64,000 nt of DNA from an uncultured Latescibacterota bacterium (lineage in GTDB: Bacteria > Latescibacterota > UBA2968 > UBA8231), in NCBI GenBank assembly GCA_951813615.1, contig OX638377.1, positions 3,434,599 to 3,498,598 on the forward strand, written 5' to 3'. Position 1 is the stretch's first letter. Every line of letters begins with the position of its first letter. The position numbers were made by a program, and so were the translations under genes. The notes beneath the pieces are model-generated. The model had not been told where the DNA came from, ran no database searches, and worked only from the letters and a program-made list of their open reading frames with translations. This document shows positions 58,559-64,000 of the stretch, one piece after another.

Positions 58559-61498
58559 CTATGATGCTGAGAGCGCCAAGTGCAGCATGACCTCGCGGTC
58601 GGGTGCCCTGTTATCGACGGTGCTCTCGCGCTGCATCCCCTCAATACCCATCTCCAACCCTTCCCAGCGCAATAACTCCAGCCGATAGCCCATACGTACC
58701 TCGCGGAAGACCTCAGACTGCCCCACCCGTAGGTAAGGCGTCCCCGTAGCCCGACCGCCGAACACCGCCAGCCCGTAGGCCGCCTCCGCGTCGAGACGAC
58801 CAGCGGACGCGGCTTCGTGCGCCGACAGCCCCACCAGCGTCTCTCGCCCCAACAGCGCCGCCAACCCGCCCGAAGACGGCGCACCCCAGGACGGCGTCAG
58901 CGCCACGGCCGGACCCAGCGCCGAAGACGGCGTCGGATCGAAGCGCAGCGACCCCGAGATCCGCCAGTCCCGAAAGTCCGCAGTCTCGTGCGCTACCAGA
59001 CCACGCACCATCACCTGCGCCATCAGACCCCGCGCCGCATCGGCAAAGACCGTACCGCCGCCTACCTCCACCCCAAAGCCCGTCTCTGCGTCACCGCCGT
59101 CGTGGCGCAGTCCCAACTCGACCGTCGGCGTCAACGACCTGCCGCCGGCAAGCGCAAGCTCCAGAGAACCCTCCATCCCTAGGCGCAGGCGGCTCACATC
59201 CGCCACCGCCGCGGCCAACAGGCCCGACGGATCTGCCGCGGCCGCCGAGGTCGTGCGCACCAACAGTGCATCCGACTCGATCGCCAGCGATAAACCGCCG
59301 GCTTGCCGTACGAGGTCGCCCCGCGCCCCAACGGCAGCCATCGTCAGATCCATATCAGTGTGGTGCGATTCCCCGTCCTTCATCATCAATGCCAGGTCAC
59401 CCTGACCGTAACCCGCCGTACCCCACAACGACAGACGCTCCGCGAGTTCGTAGCCGACGTAGGGATACAGACCCGTCAGCGCCGACGCCATGCGGCCTTG
59501 GCCGCGATCCACCGAATGCCAACTCCCGTCCCCCCTACTGTGAGACAGCGGCAGCCCCAGCACCCAGCGCCCAATCGCGTAATCAGCACCCAACATCCCC
59601 GTCGTCACCCCACCATCGAGCGCTAGCCCGTTAGCACCCCCACCAAAGCCCGAATACGCCCCACGGCCCCAGAGGGTACCAAGGCCGCCGACGGTCTCAC
59701 TACTCATGGTAAACGCACTTCCAGGCACCAGATCACGCATCGTCAACAATTGTGGTCCGAACTGGACCTCAGTCGCCTCGTCGCGGTTCCATTCCGACTG
59801 CGGCTCGAAGCGCTCTTGCACGGCGACCTCGCCTGCACCGCTCAGGTCATAGCCCCCAACGGTAGCCTTAATCCCCGACTCGTGTGGTGCCCTCAGACGC
59901 GCCTGCACGCCGTCGAGCACGCGCTGTGCCACGGTGCGACCAAAGCGCGCCAACCAAGCTTGTTGCAACGGATCTTCGTTCTCGATGATGCCCGTCGCCG
60001 TATTCTCCGCAATACGCGCCCCCGAGGCGTTGCTCAAGGTCAGCGTCAGGGTCTCCTCGCCCTCGTCGTGGGCATCGTCGAGCACCACGACTGAAACCGT
60101 CTTACGCGTCTCGCCGGCTGCGAAGGTGAGCGTTCCGTTCGCGGTCGTGTAGTCTTGGCCCGCCTGGGCGGTGCCATCCGCAGTCGCGTAGTCCACTGTC
60201 ACCGTCTCCGAGGCTGCCCGGTTCAGTATCACTGCGAATTCGAGCGTGGCGTCCGCTGCCTCCGTCGTCCGTGCATCCGCCACGGCCAGCGCCGCCGCCC
60301 TTCCGGCGATGCAGTGGAACGACCCGTCCTCTAGGACGGTGCAGTTGACCGCCCCGTCCACCTTGTGGCCAGGGTCATCGGCCACGCCGGGGTAATAGCG
60401 ATCTACGGGCCACAAGCCCAAACTGGCGACGAGTGTGGGCACCCTCCCAACGAATCCGGTGTCCGGCCCTCCCTCGTCAACGCTGATGCCGTTTGCGTCG
60501 GCATCGTTGAGTTGCACCTCATAGCGGTAGATCAACTGAGTCGTGAAGGAGCCGGACAGGTAGGCTGCCTGGCCAGCGACATCGCCGACCTGAATGCCAA
60601 TGGACGATTCGCCCTGCACGTACACGGGCGTGTTGAACGTCAGGGCGATATCGATGTTTTCACCTGCCACGTAGGTGTCTCCGTTTGCCGGCGTCGATAC
60701 AATCTCGGTCTGGTAGGCGCGGTGGTAACTGGGACGTCCTTTGATCTCTATCTTAAGAATCACAGTAGAGGCCCATTTCCACTCGGGATCGCCCGCGGTC
60801 CGAAAGCCGCAATGATCGTGGATATCCCATCCTTCTTCGGCCCCAGGGTCGTCTTCCCTGATGAAGGTCGAGATGAATTGGGCCATGTTGTCATTGTCGC
60901 AACCTGCCGTGCAATCGAGCAGGAAGTAGTACTCCGTATCCGGCTCCAAATAGGTATTCTCTGGGGCCCACCACTCATTGGCCGCATAGTCGTCCAATTG
61001 GCCTCTGGTGAGCTTGGCGACGCGGGTGAAGCCGGATGATTCATCCCAGAGGTAGATGCCTGCGTCTATCGTCATGTACCGGCTCTTATGCGTGTCGTAC
61101 ACATGCAGCACAATGCTCGTCAATTCATACCCCCCGAGATTGGGGCCAGTTCTGAATCCCTGATTCAGTCCGTTCTGAGACGCATCCAGGGCTACGGCCG
61201 TGTCTGAGAATTGGCCGGTATTCTTCGCCAGCGTTCTGATCGGCGGGTCGTATTCCATCCCACGTGCAGTCACGGCGACGACAAGGGTCGCAGCCACGGC
61301 CAGAAGCACCGCTCCAGTTCGGCGCCAGCCACCCTGGGGTTTGGCCGACACATGATCTTGCCGTTGCCATAGCCGAACCCGGTGCCCAATATCCAACCCC
61401 CTGAGGCCGCGACGGCTCGTCGCCTGCCGTTGTGAGTCCTCTGCCCCAGCATCTGCCACCACCCGCTTGTCAAGCTTGTCAATCAGCGCAGTTATCAT
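58559..61498 (-). CDS. Autotransporter-like adhesin with Ig-like and Calx-beta domains (unit 4)
   Basis: Near-colinear paralog of unit 2; AGGAGG RBS before ATG 61498. Confidence 0.85.
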   Translation of the reverse strand: MITALIDKLDKRVVADAGAEDSQRQATSRRGLRGLDIGHRVRLWQRQDHVSAKPQGGWRRTGAVLLAVAATLVVAVTARGMEYDPPIRTLAKNTGQFSDTAVALDASQNGLNQGFRTGPNLGGYELTSIVLHVYDTHKSRYMTIDAGIYLWDESSGFTRVAKLTRGQLDDYAANEWWAPENTYLEPDTEYYFLLDCTAGCDNDNMAQFISTFIREDDPGAEEGWDIHDHCGFRTAGDPEWKWASTVILKIEIKGRPSYHRAYQTEIVSTPANGDTYVAGENIDIALTFNTPVYVQGESSIGIQVGDVAGQAAYLSGSFTTQLIYRYEVQLNDADANGISVDEGGPDTGFVGRVPTLVASLGLWPVDRYYPGVADDPGHKVDGAVNCTVLEDGSFHCIAGRAAALAVADARTTEAADATLEFAVILNRAASETVTVDYATADGTAQAGQDYTTANGTLTFAAGETRKTVSVVVLDDAHDEGEETLTLTLSNASGARIAENTATGIIENEDPLQQAWLARFGRTVAQRVLDGVQARLRAPHESGIKATVGGYDLSGAGEVAVQERFEPQSEWNRDEATEVQFGPQLLTMRDLVPGSAFTMSSETVGGLGTLWGRGAYSGFGGGANGLALDGGVTTGMLGADYAIGRWVLGLPLSHSRGDGSWHSVDRGQGRMASALTGLYPYVGYELAERLSLWGTAGYGQGDLALMMKDGESHHTDMDLTMAAVGARGDLVRQAGGLSLAIESDALLVRTTSAAAADPSGLLAAAVADVSRLRLGMEGSLELALAGGRSLTPTVELGLRHDGGDAETGFGVEVGGGTVFADAARGLMAQVMVRGLVAHETADFRDWRISGSLRFDPTPSSALGPAVALTPSWGAPSSGGLAALLGRETLVGLSAHEAASAGRLDAEAAYGLAVFGGRATGTPYLRVGQSEVFREVRMGYRLELLRWEGLEMGIEGMQRESTVDNRAPDREVMLHLALSAS

Positions 61499-61560
61499 GA
61501 CCGGCCTCCTTCTCTTGCGTTGCCAGCTAGGATGAAAGACTCCCTCTCTGCCAATGCTTA

Positions 61561-61577
61561 TGCACAAACCGTGCCAA
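61561..61577 (-). promoter_or_regulatory. Sigma54 promoter, unit 4
   Basis: TTGGCACGGTTTGTGCA. Confidence 0.85.
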
Positions 61578-61850
61578 ACCCGTAGCGGATGGACTAAGTC
61601 CTTTGTATAAAGGAAGTTAGGAACATTGATGCGGACGGACGGACCGTTCCCGAAATGATGCAGAACGAAACAATTCGAGAGACGTAGAATGAAAAAGAGA
61701 AGCGCCTAACTATCTGAAATCGCGTTAGTTATGGCGCGGGTTGCAGAGTTTACGGTGGCAAATGTTTATTATTGCAACAGTTGCAACAGTCAATTCGGAA
61801 CGGAGCGATATTGGCCTAGAGGTCGGCTTAATTGCTGCCTAGCCAGTTAT

Positions 61851-63755
61851 TCACTCCTCCGCCAACAGATTGTATTTTCTCAACTTCCGGTACAGGGTCA
61901 CGCGATTGATATTCAGCGTTTGGGCGGCCTTGGTGATGTTCCAATCCAAGGCTTCGAGAGCGTGGACAACAGCTCGCCGCTCGGCTTCCTGCAGCGAAAG
62001 GGGGGAGTGGGCAGGATCTTCGGGATCCGTTGGAGACGGAACCAAGACGGAAAGTTGAGGAGGGAGGCTGCTGACTTGCAGTCTGTCCGTGGTTTCCAAC
62101 AGCAGGGCGCGTTCAATGGTATTTCTGAGCTCGCGCACGTTGCCTGGCCAGTCATACGCGAGCAAGGTTTGCAGCGCCGCCGGGGAAATCCCGCGCGTGG
62201 ATTCGTTGGCGCGTTCGGCATAGTCCTGCAGAAAATGGGCTGCCAACAGGGGAACATCCTCGCGGTGTTCTCTGAGCGGTGGGATGACGAGGGGAAAAGC
62301 AGCCAAGCGATAGAACAGGTCCGCGCGAAACCCGCCATCTTTCACCGCGCTTTCCAAGTCCCTGTTGGTCGCCGCAATCACGCGGATGTCAATGGGAATC
62401 GTAGCTGTTCCACCCACCCGCTGGATTTCTCGCTCTTCTAAGACGCGCAACAACTTGGCTTGCAGCGCGAGGGGCATGTCGCCAATTTCGTCGAGCAAAA
62501 CGGTGCCGCCTTGGGCGTGCTCAAACTGCCCGATGCGCCGCGTGGCCGCTCCGGTAAAAGCCCCGCGTTCGTGTCCGAACAACTCGTTTTCGATCAGCGT
62601 CTCGGGAATAGCAGCGCAATTGACCGCGACAAAGGGGCCGCTCTTTCTCGGACTGTTGTAGTGAATCAGCTTAGCGACGAGCTCCTTACCGGTGCCGCTT
62701 TCGCCTTGAACCAGCACTGTAATGTCGCTTTCAGCCGCCCGCTGCATCAAGGCGTACACATGCTGCATGTTTTTGCTTTTGCCCACCATACCGTCAAAGG
62801 CGTACGTCGTTCCGAGTTCGGCGCGCAAGCGCAAGACCTCGGCTTTCATCTGCTCGCTCTCAACCTCTTTGGACACGTCCCGGTACATGACAATATGGCC
62901 CATGTCGTGTACGGGTGCTGTCGAGCGATAAAACAGCCGAGGCGTCGAGTCACCAGCTTCGGTAGCTTCTTCCTCCAAATCTCCCGCGTGGTCCAAAAAC
63001 AACTCGCGCCCCAATTCAGGCAGACCGGGAGGCCGGAGGCGCTCCCCAATGCGTTCAATGAGGTCACTTGGCGATATTTGCTTCAACTCGCTTTCCGTGG
63101 CGTCAAGGAGCTTCTCATACCCCTGATTCGCCACCTGCAAGCGTCCCTCGGCATCGAACATGCCGATGGCATCTCCGGTCGCGTCGAGCACTGCTTGGAG
63201 TCTTTGATTGCTGGATTCCAGTTGCTGATTGCTATCTTCAAGTTCCCGCTGGTGCTTTGCCAATTCCTGTTCAATGTTCCACTTCCCAGTAAGCGAAAGC
63301 GTGATCTGCTGAATCTCCTCGCGCGAAAACGGCTTGCGGATGTAGAGCAATTTGTGCAGCAATTCCATGTCGTTGACGATCTCAGAGAGCGTCTTATCCG
63401 AGTATGCGGTCATGATGACGATCTCGATGTCCTGCTCGAATTGCCGAATCTGGCGCACGGTTTCAATGCCATCAGTACCCGGGGGCATTCTGATGTCAAT
63501 GTAGGCCAACGCAAAGGGACGGTTCGATTCTTGGCCTGCTTTGACCATTGCGCAGGCTTCCTCCCCGCTTGTCGCATGGGAAAGTTCAAACTGCGGCAGA
63601 AAGGATTTATCGCTCTGCGAAACAAACGCCGCCGCCAACTCATCCGTTGCTCTCTTGGTCAAGCCGGAGGTCAGCATCTCTTCAAAGTCGTTGTGAATTT
63701 CCTCTTGGTCATCAACGACCAGCACGCGGTAGTTCCAAGAGTTGTTTGGTTTCAT
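61851..63755 (-). CDS. Sigma54-dependent enhancer-binding response regulator (REC-PAS-AAA+-Fis HTH)
   Basis: VLVVDD...DIRMP (REC); [21 protein letters not shown] and WPGNVREL (AAA+); [20 protein letters not shown] (HTH). Confidence 0.95.
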   Translation of the reverse strand: MKPNNSWNYRVLVVDDQEEIHNDFEEMLTSGLTKRATDELAAAFVSQSDKSFLPQFELSHATSGEEACAMVKAGQESNRPFALAYIDIRMPPGTDGIETVRQIRQFEQDIEIVIMTAYSDKTLSEIVNDMELLHKLLYIRKPFSREEIQQITLSLTGKWNIEQELAKHQRELEDSNQQLESSNQRLQAVLDATGDAIGMFDAEGRLQVANQGYEKLLDATESELKQISPSDLIERIGERLRPPGLPELGRELFLDHAGDLEEEATEAGDSTPRLFYRSTAPVHDMGHIVMYRDVSKEVESEQMKAEVLRLRAELGTTYAFDGMVGKSKNMQHVYALMQRAAESDITVLVQGESGTGKELVAKLIHYNSPRKSGPFVAVNCAAIPETLIENELFGHERGAFTGAATRRIGQFEHAQGGTVLLDEIGDMPLALQAKLLRVLEEREIQRVGGTATIPIDIRVIAATNRDLESAVKDGGFRADLFYRLAAFPLVIPPLREHREDVPLLAAHFLQDYAERANESTRGISPAALQTLLAYDWPGNVRELRNTIERALLLETTDRLQVSSLPPQLSVLVPSPTDPEDPAHSPLSLQEAERRAVVHALEALDWNITKAAQTLNINRVTLYRKLRKYNLLAEE

Positions 63756-63897
63756 AAAGCCACCTCTATAGGTGATCGATCATAAGAAGCCTTTTTAAAA
63801 CTCTGCTGACACGTCGAGTCGCTTGATCAACAGATGGATCATAGCGAGCGTCGCTATCGAGATACCGTCTTGCTACTTTTGGGTATCACCAGAAACA

Positions 63898-63914
63898 AGC
63901 ACGATCCGTGCCAA
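63898..63914 (-). promoter_or_regulatory. Sigma54 promoter upstream of the regulator
   Basis: TTGGCACGGATCGTGCT (GG-N10-GC) ~143 nt upstream of the ATG. Confidence 0.7.
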
Positions 63915-64000
63915 CTTTTTGTAACAAATAGCCAACTCCCTGCAGATAAAGCAGTTAGAGAATATTTGGCAACCGCAAAAGATTTTGGCAGTGTTGCAGA

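Noticed and set aside
47957..61498. Diversity-generating retroelement acting on the adhesin paralogs
   Set aside because: No reverse transcriptase in the window, and differences between copies are not visibly restricted to adenines.

Overview
GC-rich bacterial genomic window. Its gene content (FlgD/T9SS-like C-terminal domain, PorV-like barrel, '...AVEEDSWGRVK' tail, NHL/TPR/FG-GAP/Calx-beta repeat proteins) suggests an FCB-associated lineage such as Ca. Latescibacterota, possibly a sponge symbiont; this is inference. There are four parts. (1) 1.3-23.5 kb is a long minus-strand envelope gene cluster: CBM9-like protein with its own sigma70 promoter and terminator, two paralogous ~1000-aa putative outer-membrane barrels with Asp-rich loops, two paralogous lipoproteins, a CTD-bearing protein next to a PorV/PorP-like barrel, a 1090-aa TPR protein, ExbB-ExbD-ExbD with no TonB, a parvulin foldase and an OPT-like permease. 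This is the best candidate for an undescribed proton-motive-force-driven trans-envelope transport machine. (2) 23.5-34.5 kb holds DUF4159, HEAT, TPR and FG-GAP/ASPIC proteins. (3) 34.5-48 kb holds metabolic and housekeeping genes (Ldh_2, split transketolase, zinc-ribbon protein, rnpB, pyrF, tRNA-Pro, class III aminotransferase, cytochrome c, PQQ dehydrogenase, aldo/keto reductase) and an AT-richer nuclease plus methyltransferase pair. (4) 48-64 kb is a four-unit tandem array of autotransporter-like adhesin genes (one decayed). Each unit has its own sigma54 promoter, IHF-like site and enhancer-like repeat, and the array sits beside a sigma54 activator. The units show tandem-amplification scars and mosaic module shuffling. 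All family assignments come from motif recognition only; no database searches were run.
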